Positions 54,897 through 64,000 of a stretch of 64,000 bases of DNA are shown here, piece after piece. The stretch is from NCBI GenBank assembly GCA_046758505.1, contig JBHIAH010000005.1, forward strand, positions 39,036 through 103,035, read 5' to 3'. The position numbers and the translations under genes were made by a program. The notes under the pieces are model-generated. The model saw nothing but the letters and a program-made list of their open reading frames with translations, did no database searches and had not been told where the DNA came from. This DNA is from Candidatus Methylomirabilales bacterium. Lineage in GTDB: Bacteria; Methylomirabilota; Methylomirabilia; Methylomirabilales; CSP1-5. Position 1 is the first letter of the stretch. Every line of letters starts with the position of its first letter.

Positions 54897-56132
54897 TCAG
54901 GGAAGGGGGGGGCGACGGCGGGGCCTTCTGCGGTGACCGTGTCTGGCGGCCTGAGGTGGCCGGGACGAAGGGGCGGTCCTGAGAAAGAGTTCGTCTCCGG
55001 GCCACTCGACGGGGATCTTGTGACCGATCAGGGCTTCGATGGCCGGCAGCGCAAGGACGTACTCCTCGTCGGCCAAGGTGATGGCCTTCCCCAAGGCCCC
55101 TGCCCTGGCCGTCCGGCCGATCCGATGGACATAGTCCTCGGGGTCCTGCGGAACGTCATAGTTCACGACATGGGTCACCCCCTCGATATGGAGACCTCGA
55201 GACGCGACATCGGTTGCCACCAGAATAGGGAGCACGCCGCCCTTGAAGTCCTTCATCACCTTGAGCCGCCTTTTCTGGTCGAGGTCCCCGGTGATGGCCC
55301 GACTTTCATAACCGTAGAGGGTGAGGCGATCGGCGAGCCAGTGGGCCCCCCGCTTGGTGTTGGTGAAGATCAAAATCCGCTCTCCCCGCTCCCGCTTCAG
55401 GAGCCCCAAGAGGAGGGGAAGCTTCTCCTCTCGGGCTACGTGATACAGAGCCTCTTCCACCTGTGCAACGGTCAGCTGTTGTGGGGTCGCGGAGACTTTC
55501 AAGGGATCGTTCATGAACTCGTAGGCCAGCTCCATCTCCCGATATCCTAAGGTCGCCGAAAAGAGGAAAGACTGGCGGGCGTGGTACGGGGGGAGGCGGC
55601 GCAGGATGTACCGGATATCCTTGATGAACCCCATGTCGAACATCCGATCTGCTTCGTCGACCACCAACACCTCAATGGCCTTGAGGTTATACACCCGCTG
55701 TCGCAAATAATCGATGAGGCGGCCGGGAGTTCCGATCACGATGTCCACCCGCTGCCGGAGGGCATCGCGCTGCTTGTGGTAGTCGATCCCTCCGTAGACC
55801 GCGAGCATGCTCAGGGACGTGAACTGTCCCAGGAGCCGGGCATCTTCATAAATCTGCACCGTGAGCTCCCGCGTAGGGGTGACGACGATGGCCCTGGGGA
55901 CACCGGGTGCGGCCACCCGCCCACTCCGAAGGAGACGGGTAAAGCAAGCGATGAGGAAGGCCGCGGTCTTGCCGGTCCCCGTCTGGGCCTGCCCGGCGAC
56001 ATCCTTTCCCTGGAGAATCAGCGGCAGCGTCAGCTCCTGGATCGGGGTGCAGTGGGTGAAGCCGGCCGCCTCGATCCCCTGCAGGACCGGCTCGGGAAGG
56101 TCGAGGGTCTGAAATGCGAGCGGCATGGCCAT
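54897..56132 (-). CDS. rhlB: DEAD-box RNA helicase (RhlB-like)
   Basis: AQTGTGKT, PTREL, TPGR, DEAD, SAT, HRIGRTAR; the ORF-track 5' extension overlaps the upstream gene. Confidence 0.9.
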   Translation of the reverse strand: MAMPLAFQTLDLPEPVLQGIEAAGFTHCTPIQELTLPLILQGKDVAGQAQTGTGKTAAFLIACFTRLLRSGRVAAPGVPRAIVVTPTRELTVQIYEDARLLGQFTSLSMLAVYGGIDYHKQRDALRQRVDIVIGTPGRLIDYLRQRVYNLKAIEVLVVDEADRMFDMGFIKDIRYILRRLPPYHARQSFLFSATLGYREMELAYEFMNDPLKVSATPQQLTVAQVEEALYHVAREEKLPLLLGLLKRERGERILIFTNTKRGAHWLADRLTLYGYESRAITGDLDQKRRLKVMKDFKGGVLPILVATDVASRGLHIEGVTHVVNYDVPQDPEDYVHRIGRTARAGALGKAITLADEEYVLALPAIEALIGHKIPVEWPGDELFLRTAPSSRPPQAARHGHRRRPRRRPPLP

Positions 56133-56157
56133 CACGGTCGGGGAGGCGTCGGTAAAA

Positions 56158-56985
56158 TCACGGGGAACCCCGAGAGAGGAGGAGCGCCCGAAGCTTGGGG
56201 AGACTCTCCCCAATCCTGGGACCATACCAGGAGAGGAGCTTCCCATCGATGAAATGGATACGGCCGGTCGCCAAAGCAGGGATGAAACCCTCGAATGGTT
56301 GGAAGTCCGCGAGGTGCCGGGGATGGAACGGATACGGCTCATCGGGGAGCAGGATGACCTCCGCCCCACGGTCCGCGACCTCCGCCAACGAGACCCTGGG
56401 ATAGCGGTCGCGAGAATTGGCAAAGATATTTTCTCCTCCGCAGGTCTGGAGCACGTCATGGATATACGTATCTCGATTGACGGACATGTACGGCTTGCGC
56501 CATATCGGACAGAAAACCCGTAGCCGCGTTTCCCGCTCGACCCCTGTCGCGATTTCCCGACGGACCTCTTCCAGGGGGCCCACAATGGCGTCGGCCTTCT
56601 CCACGGTCCCGGTTAGATGGCCCAACTCTCGGACCATCGCAATTCCCTGCGCCACCGTCCGCGGGTACGTCGTGTAGACGGCAATCCCCATCGCCTCCAA
56701 GGCCGCAACATCCTCGTGCCGGTTCTCTTCCATGTTAGCGATGACCAAGTCGGGCTGGAGGAATTGAATCGTGCTGAGATTCGGATCTTTTGATCCGCCG
56801 ACCGTGACTTTGTGAGCAACACCCTCCCCCGGTTCGGTGCAGTAACGCGTCACACCGACGAGACGCTCTCCCAGGCCCAGCGCGAAGAGGGTCTCGGTGA
56901 TGCTCGGGACAAGCGACACGATCCGGGAACGGAAAACGGGGAGGCGCACGTGCCTCCCCGCCGCATCAACGACGTTCCATGCCAT
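56158..56985 (-). CDS. BtuF-like helical-backbone (cobalamin-type) binding protein without signal peptide
   Basis: RIVSLVPSITE.L, GVT.YC, GG.K.P, PDLVIAN.EEN, PDEPY.F, SWYGPR. Confidence 0.85.
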   Translation of the reverse strand: MAWNVVDAAGRHVRLPVFRSRIVSLVPSITETLFALGLGERLVGVTRYCTEPGEGVAHKVTVGGSKDPNLSTIQFLQPDLVIANMEENRHEDVAALEAMGIAVYTTYPRTVAQGIAMVRELGHLTGTVEKADAIVGPLEEVRREIATGVERETRLRVFCPIWRKPYMSVNRDTYIHDVLQTCGGENIFANSRDRYPRVSLAEVADRGAEVILLPDEPYPFHPRHLADFQPFEGFIPALATGRIHFIDGKLLSWYGPRIGESLPKLRALLLSRGSP

Positions 56986-57054
56986 CACGCGCCACCCTGA
57001 CAGGCACACGCCGCCCCGCAGGCGGCCTCGATGCACCCGACCGGCAAGGACCCT

Positions 57055-59349
57055 TTATTTAGAATGGAAGGAGGCGATGATACTCCGAGCAAAGGATGCC
57101 GTTAGGAACGCGTCCTTGAAAAGGGCCACCGCGAGCCGCCAGGGTCGGATATGCCAGAACCGCCACCCGCGAAGGTGCTCCCAGGTCCTCCCCCACAACC
57201 GCTGCAAGTCCTGTCGGGAGTAGACGACCTGGTTGCTCAGGGGATCAAACTTGACGTACCGGAGGTCGAATTGTGACGGCAGCCTCTCCCTGAAGTTCGA
57301 GTAGGCTTCTCGCCACTCCTGGAGCTTCAAACCCTGCCAGGCCTCACGCTGGAGGTCACAGAGATGGTCAACCCATCCCTTGGCCACCCCATCCTCGACC
57401 ACACGTCCGTGCCGCAGCTGCTGGATCCTGGTCTGGAGGCCTCCCCACTTCTGCAAGAACGCATCCAAGTCTTTGCGACTGATCAGGATCCTCGAGGCAA
57501 GGTCGTCAAACGGATCGAGCAGCGCCCGGGCCTTGGCCGGCAGGGCCGCCTTGGCTTTGCTGTACGTTTTTTGCCATTCGGCAATCCGCAAGGTCTGCCA
57601 TATCTCTCCCTGGATTCGCTGGATCTCCTCGGAAAATCGCTTTTCCGCTTCACCCCTCGGGCGCGTCCGCAGCCAGATCTCTTCCATCTCCGTGAAAAAG
57701 CGGGCCCAGGAGACGAAGAGACGAATCACGTCCTTCGTGCGCTTCCAGAGATGGACGGGCCAGGGATCCACGGCGAACCCGGGTCGGCGTGATTGCCGGT
57801 CCTTCAGACGGAAAAAGCCGGCAACCATCGGGTGTTCCCTCTCGATCAGAGAGGCATTCTTATACCACATCAGCACGAACACCAGATTCCAGTAAACAGT
57901 GGGGTTATGGCTCCACCGGGCCAGGATCTTGGTGAGGTTCTCCTTGCTGTAGAAGGCCTTCCACGCATCCTCATAGGTTTGGGTCCATTCGCCGGCGGTC
58001 ATGTGGGGATGGTGGATCGTTGCGTGAAATGAATCGCGCTTGTTAAAATCGGGGTCCATCCACTCGCCCCGCCCCTTCATTTCCACGTGGTCCTGAGACC
58101 CCGGCAACGGGGTCAGCATAAAGAACGACGCCTGATCCGGCTGAATCACGTTCATGAGATACTCGATGTCACGAGGTACCTGCTCCTTCGTATCGAAGGG
58201 AAGGCCGATGATGTAGCCCGTGTGGACCACGACCCCGGCCTCGTGCCACTCGCGGATGATGTCCACGTACTCTTCAACCTTGTTCTGCCCTTTCCCTCCG
58301 GCCTTCAGGTTTTCCGGGTTCACGCTCTCCATGCCGATGAACACCTGGGTGCAGCCGGCCTCGCCAGCCAGACGCACGAAGTCCTTCGGCTTGCGCGCCA
58401 GGTCCACCTGCATCATGAACGTGATGGGGATCCCCTCCTGGCGGAGCCGGATGACCGCTTCGAAGGTCTCGCGCCACAACTTCTTCCGGGCAAAATTGTC
58501 ATCCGTGAAGAAATAAAAGTCGATCCCGTAGTCGCGGTAATTGTGCCGCAGCAGCGCGGCAATCTCTTCCGGATCCCGTTCCCGCATCTTTCGGCCCTGC
58601 ACATTGATGATGGTGCAAAAGGTGCAGGCAAAAGGACAGCCGCGGGACGTTTCCACGGTCCCGAAAGAGGGCCGGGCAAAGTGCGTCATTGATTTCGGGG
58701 TCGCCACCGGGAGGGGCGCCTTGTCGATATCCACGAGGCTCTTGAGATCCTGGGCAAAGGAGTACAGGGGCTTCAGGCGCCCGTTGAGGGCGTCGGCCAG
58801 GATGCCTTCCCATTTCCCCTCGACCTCACCGGACACAACGATGATGGACTCCTGAAAGAGTTCCTGGATGTCCGGTTCTTGCGGGCTCAGCATGTTGACA
58901 GTGCCACTCGTGTGGAAGCCACCGATGATCACATCGATTCCGTGCGCCCGGAACTCCTTCCCCAGGTCTACCGCCCGGGGAAACTGGTTGGTCTGAACGC
59001 CGACCAGACACACGACGAGCTTGGTCCCGGGCCGACGGCTCCACCGGACGATGGCCTTGACGGGGATCTTCTCCGTCGTTTCATCAAAGGCGTCCACCCG
59101 GATGTCGACATCCGCGAAGACCCGACGCCTTTTCACGTCCTCGGTCAGACCGCGCAAGACGTTGAGCGTGTTGCTCGGCAGGACCCCTCTCCAGAACCGG
59201 ATCACATACCCGTCGTCGTCATACTTCGACGGTTTGACGAGCACCACGTGGAGCGTGGTGTACTTTTCGGCCTCGGGCAGGAGATCGCTCTGGTGCGACT
59301 GCGGGACCTCGGAAGCGACATCCATGACGGCCAGGGGTTTCGTGCCCAC
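57055..59349 (-). CDS. B12-binding-domain radical SAM protein with long C-terminal extension
   Basis: KPSKYDDDGYV, VGVQTNQFPRA, IGGFH; SRGCPFACTFC; FTDDN; IG.ES; LTPLPGS. Confidence 0.88.
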   Translation of the reverse strand: MGTKPLAVMDVASEVPQSHQSDLLPEAEKYTTLHVVLVKPSKYDDDGYVIRFWRGVLPSNTLNVLRGLTEDVKRRRVFADVDIRVDAFDETTEKIPVKAIVRWSRRPGTKLVVCLVGVQTNQFPRAVDLGKEFRAHGIDVIIGGFHTSGTVNMLSPQEPDIQELFQESIIVVSGEVEGKWEGILADALNGRLKPLYSFAQDLKSLVDIDKAPLPVATPKSMTHFARPSFGTVETSRGCPFACTFCTIINVQGRKMRERDPEEIAALLRHNYRDYGIDFYFFTDDNFARKKLWRETFEAVIRLRQEGIPITFMMQVDLARKPKDFVRLAGEAGCTQVFIGMESVNPENLKAGGKGQNKVEEYVDIIREWHEAGVVVHTGYIIGLPFDTKEQVPRDIEYLMNVIQPDQASFFMLTPLPGSQDHVEMKGRGEWMDPDFNKRDSFHATIHHPHMTAGEWTQTYEDAWKAFYSKENLTKILARWSHNPTVYWNLVFVLMWYKNASLIEREHPMVAGFFRLKDRQSRRPGFAVDPWPVHLWKRTKDVIRLFVSWARFFTEMEEIWLRTRPRGEAEKRFSEEIQRIQGEIWQTLRIAEWQKTYSKAKAALPAKARALLDPFDDLASRILISRKDLDAFLQKWGGLQTRIQQLRHGRVVEDGVAKGWVDHLCDLQREAWQGLKLQEWREAYSNFRERLPSQFDLRYVKFDPLSNQVVYSRQDLQRLWGRTWEHLRGWRFWHIRPWRLAVALFKDAFLTASFARSIIASFHSK

Positions 59350-59401
59350 GCCGTGCCTCCTTTTTTCTCTCTCGTTTTTCTCCCCGAAAGATTCGGGAGG
59401 A

Positions 59402-60478
59402 TTATCCCAGGATCTCGTACCGCGTATTCCGGACCCGGGGGGTATACCCGGCGTCCACGATGACCCGCTCTAGCTCTTGCCGAGAGGCCATGAATCTGGC
59501 CCCTCCGGCAGACACCACTCGCTCCTCGAAAATAGTGCTCCCCAGGTCGTTTACCCCGTAGTGGAGAGCGACCTGAGCCACCTTGGGTCCCTGGGTCAGC
59601 CACGACGCCTGAAGATGGTCAATGTTATCCAGCATCAACCGGGACACGGCCATGGTCCGGAGATAATCAAAGGCCGAGGCCCGCTTCCCATTCAGCTCAG
59701 TCCCCTCGGGCTGGAAGTTCCAGGCTACGAAGGCGGTAAACCCGGACGTCTCATCCTGGAGGGCCCGGAGCCGGAGGAGATGTTCTATGCGCTGCTCCGC
59801 CGTCTCCACCGACCCGAACATCATGGTTGCACTCGACGGGATCCCGACCTGATGGGCCGTCCGCATGCAGTCGAGCCACTCTTCCACGGTGTCCTTCAAG
59901 GGGGAGATGGCCTGCCGCACCTCATCCACGAGGATTTCCGCTCCCCCTCCCGGGACGGAGTCAAGCCCGGCTGCCTGCAATCGCAGGAGGGTCTCCCGGA
60001 GGGAAAGCTGAGAGATCTTGGCGAGATAGATCAGCTCGGCCGGTGAGAGGCCGTGGATGTGGACGGGAAAGCGCTCCTTGATGGCCCGGAAGGTGTCTTC
60101 GAAATAGTCGATCTTGAGCTCCGGGTTGAGCCCTCCCTGAAACAGGACCTCGGTGCCGCCGTGGTCGATGAGTTCCTGAATCTTCCGGAAGATCTCCTCT
60201 CGTGAGAGCACATAGCCCTCCGCGTGACCTGGCAGCCGGTAAAAGGCGCAGAAGGAACATTTCACCCAGCACACGTTGGTGTAGTTGATGATCCGGCCAA
60301 CGACATAGGTCACCCGCTGTTCCGGATGCTTCCGCCGCCGCACCGTATCAGCCAGAAAGGCCAGCATCGGCAGGTTCGTGACCTGCAGGAGGGCCAACCC
60401 GTCTTCCGCGCTGAGCCGCTCCCCGGCAAGAACCTTTGCCTCAGTCGCCTTGAATTGTTCGACGCCGTTTCCCGACAT
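59402..60478 (-). CDS. mqnC: Cyclic dehypoxanthinyl futalosine synthase
   Basis: INYTNVC..KCSFCAF, PGGGAEIL, QASWLTQG, NDLGST..EE.VV. Confidence 0.88.
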   Translation of the reverse strand: MSGNGVEQFKATEAKVLAGERLSAEDGLALLQVTNLPMLAFLADTVRRRKHPEQRVTYVVGRIINYTNVCWVKCSFCAFYRLPGHAEGYVLSREEIFRKIQELIDHGGTEVLFQGGLNPELKIDYFEDTFRAIKERFPVHIHGLSPAELIYLAKISQLSLRETLLRLQAAGLDSVPGGGAEILVDEVRQAISPLKDTVEEWLDCMRTAHQVGIPSSATMMFGSVETAEQRIEHLLRLRALQDETSGFTAFVAWNFQPEGTELNGKRASAFDYLRTMAVSRLMLDNIDHLQASWLTQGPKVAQVALHYGVNDLGSTIFEERVVSAGGARFMASRQELERVIVDAGYTPRVRNTRYEILG

Positions 60479-60503
60479 GACTCCCCTTGGCAAGGAAATC
60501 CCC

Positions 60504-61670
60504 TTAGTCTCTCGCCGACAATACCGTGAGGCTGGTCGGTCCCCTCGCTCCTTGCTGACCGCTGACAGCTGGCTGCTCCCCGCCCATCACGTGGTACAGC
60601 GCATCACGCTCTACCGGAACCCGACCGACTTCGCGTATGAGATCCAGGAGCTGCCGATGGCTCAAAACCTGGCGATGGGCCTCGGTTCCCAGGGCATGCG
60701 TAATCTCGTAATGGTTGACGGTCCCGTCCAGGTCGTCCGCGCCGTACCAGAGGGCCAGCTGGGCAATCTGCGGCGTAATCATGATCCAAAAGGCCTTGAT
60801 GTGGGGAAAATTATCCAGGAGCAGGCGGGCCACGGCAATCTCCCGCAGATTCTGCTGCCCCGTCGTCAGCGGGACATGCGCGAGCTCGGTCCGGGCGGGG
60901 TCGAAGGCCAAGGGCACAAAGCATTGAAACCCTTTGGTCTCGTCCTGCAGCTCCCGGATGTGGAGAAGGTGCGTGACCTTTTCCTCGACGGTCTCGATGT
61001 GTCCATAGAGCATCGTGGCGTTGGATCTGAGCCCTGCCCGATGGACCTCCCGGGCCACCTCAAACCACCCCTCATTATCCAGCTTGGCTCGAAAGAGCTC
61101 CTCATGGACCCGCTCACTGAAGACCTCGGCCCCACCACCCGGACAGCAGGCAAGGCCCGCGTCCTTGAGATCTTCCAGAACATCACCGAGCGGCTTCTTC
61201 GCCACCCGGGCGATCTGCGCCAGTTCAATCATGGTATACGCCTTGATCTGCGCATCCGGACGCGCCGCACTGACCGCCCGGAGGATATCCAGGTAATACG
61301 GATACGGCAGCTTCGGGTTGATCCCTGCCACCATGTGGATTTCCCGAATCACCTGATCGCGGAATTCCTCGAGCCGGGCAACGATATCGTCCGGCGAGAG
61401 CACGTAGCCCCGAGGGTCCCCCGGCGGGGCATAGAAGGAACAAAATTTGCACAATTTGTTACAGATGTTTGTGTAGTTGACGTGGAGGTTCCGGACATAG
61501 TAGGTCGCACTGCCGCTCATGCGCTCCCGCATCAGATTGGCCAAGGCCCCTACCGCGGTAAGGTCAGGCGTCCGGTAGAGACGCAGGCCATCTTCGGCGG
61601 AAAGGCGCCCGCCTTGTACGACCTTCCCGTACAGGTCAGACAGCCCCGCCCGCCCGACGAGTGCTTCCAC
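60504..61670 (-). CDS. mqnE: Aminofutalosine synthase
   Basis: NYTNICNKLCKFCSF, PGGGAEVF, HIKAFWIM, GADDLDGTV; GTG start after GGGAGG. Confidence 0.88.
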   Translation of the reverse strand: MEALVGRAGLSDLYGKVVQGGRLSAEDGLRLYRTPDLTAVGALANLMRERMSGSATYYVRNLHVNYTNICNKLCKFCSFYAPPGDPRGYVLSPDDIVARLEEFRDQVIREIHMVAGINPKLPYPYYLDILRAVSAARPDAQIKAYTMIELAQIARVAKKPLGDVLEDLKDAGLACCPGGGAEVFSERVHEELFRAKLDNEGWFEVAREVHRAGLRSNATMLYGHIETVEEKVTHLLHIRELQDETKGFQCFVPLAFDPARTELAHVPLTTGQQNLREIAVARLLLDNFPHIKAFWIMITPQIAQLALWYGADDLDGTVNHYEITHALGTEAHRQVLSHRQLLDLIREVGRVPVERDALYHVMGGEQPAVSGQQGARGPTSLTVLSARD

Positions 61671-61769
61671 ATGGGCCTCCCGGCTCACGGGCCACAGCTC
61701 GTAAAGAAAGTTTCCCTTCTCCTCTCCCGCCGCTGCTGGTGAACCCGGAACCGCGTACTGCAAACAACC

Positions 61770-62198
61770 CTACTCGCCAAGAACCTGGAACTGGATGCTC
61801 CGCTCTTGGGGACCGTCCAGCTCGGCAAAGATGATGCTCTGCCAGCGGCCGAGGACCACCTCCCCTGCCCGCACCGGGAGGGCCAGGGTCCGGGCCAGCA
61901 ACATGGCCCGTAGGTGGGAGCCGGCATTGCTCCGGGTACAGTCCGAGTACTCGGGATCGTTGTGCCGGTAATACTCCTTCTCCTGGACGAGGCTTGTGAG
62001 AATTGTTTTCATATCCTCGATCAAAGCTGCCTGAAACTCATTAATGAAAAGAACAGCGGTGGTGTGCAGGGTGTTCAACAGGAGCACCCCGTCCCGAATC
62101 GGGTACTTGTCCAGGAAATCCCGAACCATCTGGGTGATGTCGAGAAGCTGCATCTCCTCCTTGGTCTTGACCGAGATGGTTTCAAAGGCAATCCTCAT
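61770..62198 (-). CDS. yjbQ: YjbQ family protein (secondary thiamine-phosphate synthase-like)
   Basis: HTTA...INE, Y.HN, N..SH, LGRWQ.I.FAELDG. Confidence 0.9.
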   Translation of the reverse strand: MRIAFETISVKTKEEMQLLDITQMVRDFLDKYPIRDGVLLLNTLHTTAVLFINEFQAALIEDMKTILTSLVQEKEYYRHNDPEYSDCTRSNAGSHLRAMLLARTLALPVRAGEVVLGRWQSIIFAELDGPQERSIQFQVLGE

Positions 62199-62224
62199 GC
62201 GAATCCTCCTCCGCTCAACCACCC

Positions 62225-62716
62225 TTATCCCATGCGACTCATTCGGAGTCCCAGATAGACGATGGCACCCCCCAAGACGGCAGCGATGAGGCTCCATCTC
62301 TGCAGGCGCTGAACCAGTTGAATCCCCTTCGCGGACGCATCACCCCCACTCTTGTCTCCGTTGGTACGAACAGCCGCGAGCAACCTCGGCCCGAGGGCAA
62401 AGAACTGATAGCACCCCACCAAGACCAGGACGAATACCAAGAACAGCTTCAGGGCCAGCACCCCCAAGAGACGTGGGACGTACTCTGGCCCCAAGGTCTC
62501 TTTGAGCGGAACCAGCGCACCTGCCCCTGTCAACACGAGCACCCCGAGGCAGGCAAGGCTCACCGGATGAAAGATTCGAATTGCCCCGGCCAGGACGCGC
62601 AGCCCTTCCGCATCAAGCTCTTGCCGTCGAAGCACCGGGATCAGGACTGCCCCCAGGAATAGCGTCCCCCCCACGTAGACCACGACTGCCACGGTATGGA
62701 GGAATGTCAGCAACAC
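62225..62716 (-). CDS. CopD/DUF4149-like membrane protein
   Basis: FLH.....VYVGG.LF; four TM helices; LALKL. Confidence 0.75.
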   Translation of the reverse strand: MLLTFLHTVAVVVYVGGTLFLGAVLIPVLRRQELDAEGLRVLAGAIRIFHPVSLACLGVLVLTGAGALVPLKETLGPEYVPRLLGVLALKLFLVFVLVLVGCYQFFALGPRLLAAVRTNGDKSGGDASAKGIQLVQRLQRWSLIAAVLGGAIVYLGLRMSRMG

Positions 62717-62917
62717 CCCGGGTCCGCCTGTGTGTCCACCAACTCAAACACGACCGGGATAGCAACGCAACTCTCCTGCTCCGGTGTCCCCGACTCATCG
62801 CGATCTTACCGCCTCCGGATACCCGAGACGCGCGCCGCCCTCGCAGATGCACGCACCGGCCGGTGACGCCATCCGCCCCTGTGCCTGTATTCGCTCCCAT
62901 GCTGAAATTAATCTGTA

Positions 62918-62946
62918 ACTATAGCCCGTCTCACCCCTGCCGTCAA
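62918..62946 (-). promoter_or_regulatory. Putative sigma70 promoter of the yjbQ-mqn operon
   Basis: TTGACG-17 bp-TATAGT on the minus strand. Confidence 0.6.
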
Positions 62947-62953
62947 CTCTCTT

Positions 62954-63778
62954 CTACCGGCCGCTTGTCTCCCGGATAAACCCCTTTACGAGACGGGTTA
63001 TTTCCTCCGGTTGGTCCTCGGGGAGGAAATGTCCCGCCTCCTTTAGAACGACCAGGCGGGCAGTCGCGAGCTGATCCGCCAGGTGCTGGCCGACCTTGAC
63101 GTCCTGATACGCATCCGCTTCCCCCCAGAGGATGAGCACGGGCAAAGGGAGCTGCTCGATCTCGGAAGCCCGGATCAGGATGTCCCGGTTGTTGAGGGCT
63201 CGGGCGCACCGGAGATACGCCTGCCCGCCTTGCAAACCCTCAAAAGGACGCACGTATTCCCTGACCAGGGTGTCGGTCACCCGATCCCGGTGGACGATCC
63301 CCCCCAGGAGGGCCTTCCTGAATCCAGTGCGCAGACCCAGGGTCTGGATGATCCGGTCCCAGGCCTGGTCTTTCAACCGGTCGATCTCCGGAACGGGCCA
63401 CGCATCGTAGGCCACCGTATCCAGCAGGACGAGACGCTTGACCAGCTCCGGTCGTTCCAGGGCGAGGAGCTGGGCTACCCCGCCGCCGATATCGTGCCCA
63501 GCCACCGTGGCATGGGTGAACCCAACCCTCATCATGAACTCCGCCACATACCCGGCCTGGGCCGGGAGCGAGAGATCCGCCTTTGGTGGCTTCTCAGAGT
63601 CGCCATATCCAAGAAGGTCGAGGGCACAGACCGCAAAGTCTGCGGCCAGGAGTGGGATCACGTGCCGCCAGAGATAGGCCGATGTAGGAATACCGTGGAT
63701 CAGGAGGATCGGCTCACCCGCCCCCTGGCGGACATAGGCGATGGCACCTTCTCTGATGGCCACTCGTGCTTTCTCCAT
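62954..63778 (-). CDS. Alpha/beta hydrolase (Asp nucleophile, epoxide hydrolase/dehalogenase-like)
   Basis: HGIPTS..LW, DLLGYG, GHDIGG, WGEAD, AGHF..ED.P. Confidence 0.9.
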   Translation of the reverse strand: MEKARVAIREGAIAYVRQGAGEPILLIHGIPTSAYLWRHVIPLLAADFAVCALDLLGYGDSEKPPKADLSLPAQAGYVAEFMMRVGFTHATVAGHDIGGGVAQLLALERPELVKRLVLLDTVAYDAWPVPEIDRLKDQAWDRIIQTLGLRTGFRKALLGGIVHRDRVTDTLVREYVRPFEGLQGGQAYLRCARALNNRDILIRASEIEQLPLPVLILWGEADAYQDVKVGQHLADQLATARLVVLKEAGHFLPEDQPEEITRLVKGFIRETSGR

Positions 63779-64000
63779 GGTCCCCTCCCCGTTCAGGCCG
63801 CCGCCGCTCCATAAGCTCTCATAATAGAGGAAGGCGACCGCGGTCCACAAGCAACATTTCTCCCCTTCACCCGAAGTAGCCAATCACAACCAGGCCGGCC
63901 GCAACCAGGGTCGAGGCGACAAGCTTCTGCCGACCCCTTCCCTCGCTCAACCACCAGGCCCCCAACACTGCTCCAAAGACCACATTCACCTCCCGCGCGG

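Noticed and set aside
56133..56585. N-terminal extension of the helicase in the ORF track
   Set aside because: Overlaps the BtuF-like gene in another frame; the helicase Q-motif region begins after 56132.
62717..62910. About 200-nt leader of the mqn operon as riboswitch or leader peptide
   Set aside because: No recognisable aptamer or convincing ORF.

Overview
GC-rich bacterial chromosomal window. Gene content (futalosine menaquinone pathway, ThyX, split MetE, OGOR, AcnA) fits a Methylomirabilota/Nitrospirota/Desulfobacterota-like organism; this is a weak inference. Two housekeeping blocks lie on the minus strand. Block 1 (3.3-22.7 kb): PaaI, a bS22-like microprotein, split metE, peroxiredoxin, korAB, orphan nuoB, iscA, iscS, M24 peptidase, FAD oxidoreductase, gltB without adjacent gltD, moaA, a second orphan nuoB and gabD. 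Block 2 (49.9-63.8 kb): thyX, thiC with a TPP riboswitch, a DEAD-box helicase, a BtuF-like protein, a B12-dependent radical SAM, mqnC, mqnE, yjbQ and a hydrolase. Accessory patches lie around them (0.8-2.4, 22.8-28.3 and 31.4-49.8 kb). They hold a decayed integron-type cassette array with a hicAB cassette, scattered attC-like core sites, GGGGTCA-type repeats at gene-truncation junctions, an IS91-like remnant, heptamer tandem repeats and an NTase-like/TPM/LemA trio. I found no rRNA, tRNA, CRISPR array, integrase or intact transposase. The best candidates for undescribed biology are: the mqnE-mqnC-B12 radical SAM (87-aa internal duplication)-signal-less BtuF-like operon; the degenerate NTase-TPM-LemA module; the two orphan NuoB paralogs; and the co-location of GGGGTCA repeats with attC-like sites. 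All functional calls come from motif recognition by eye, with no database searches.
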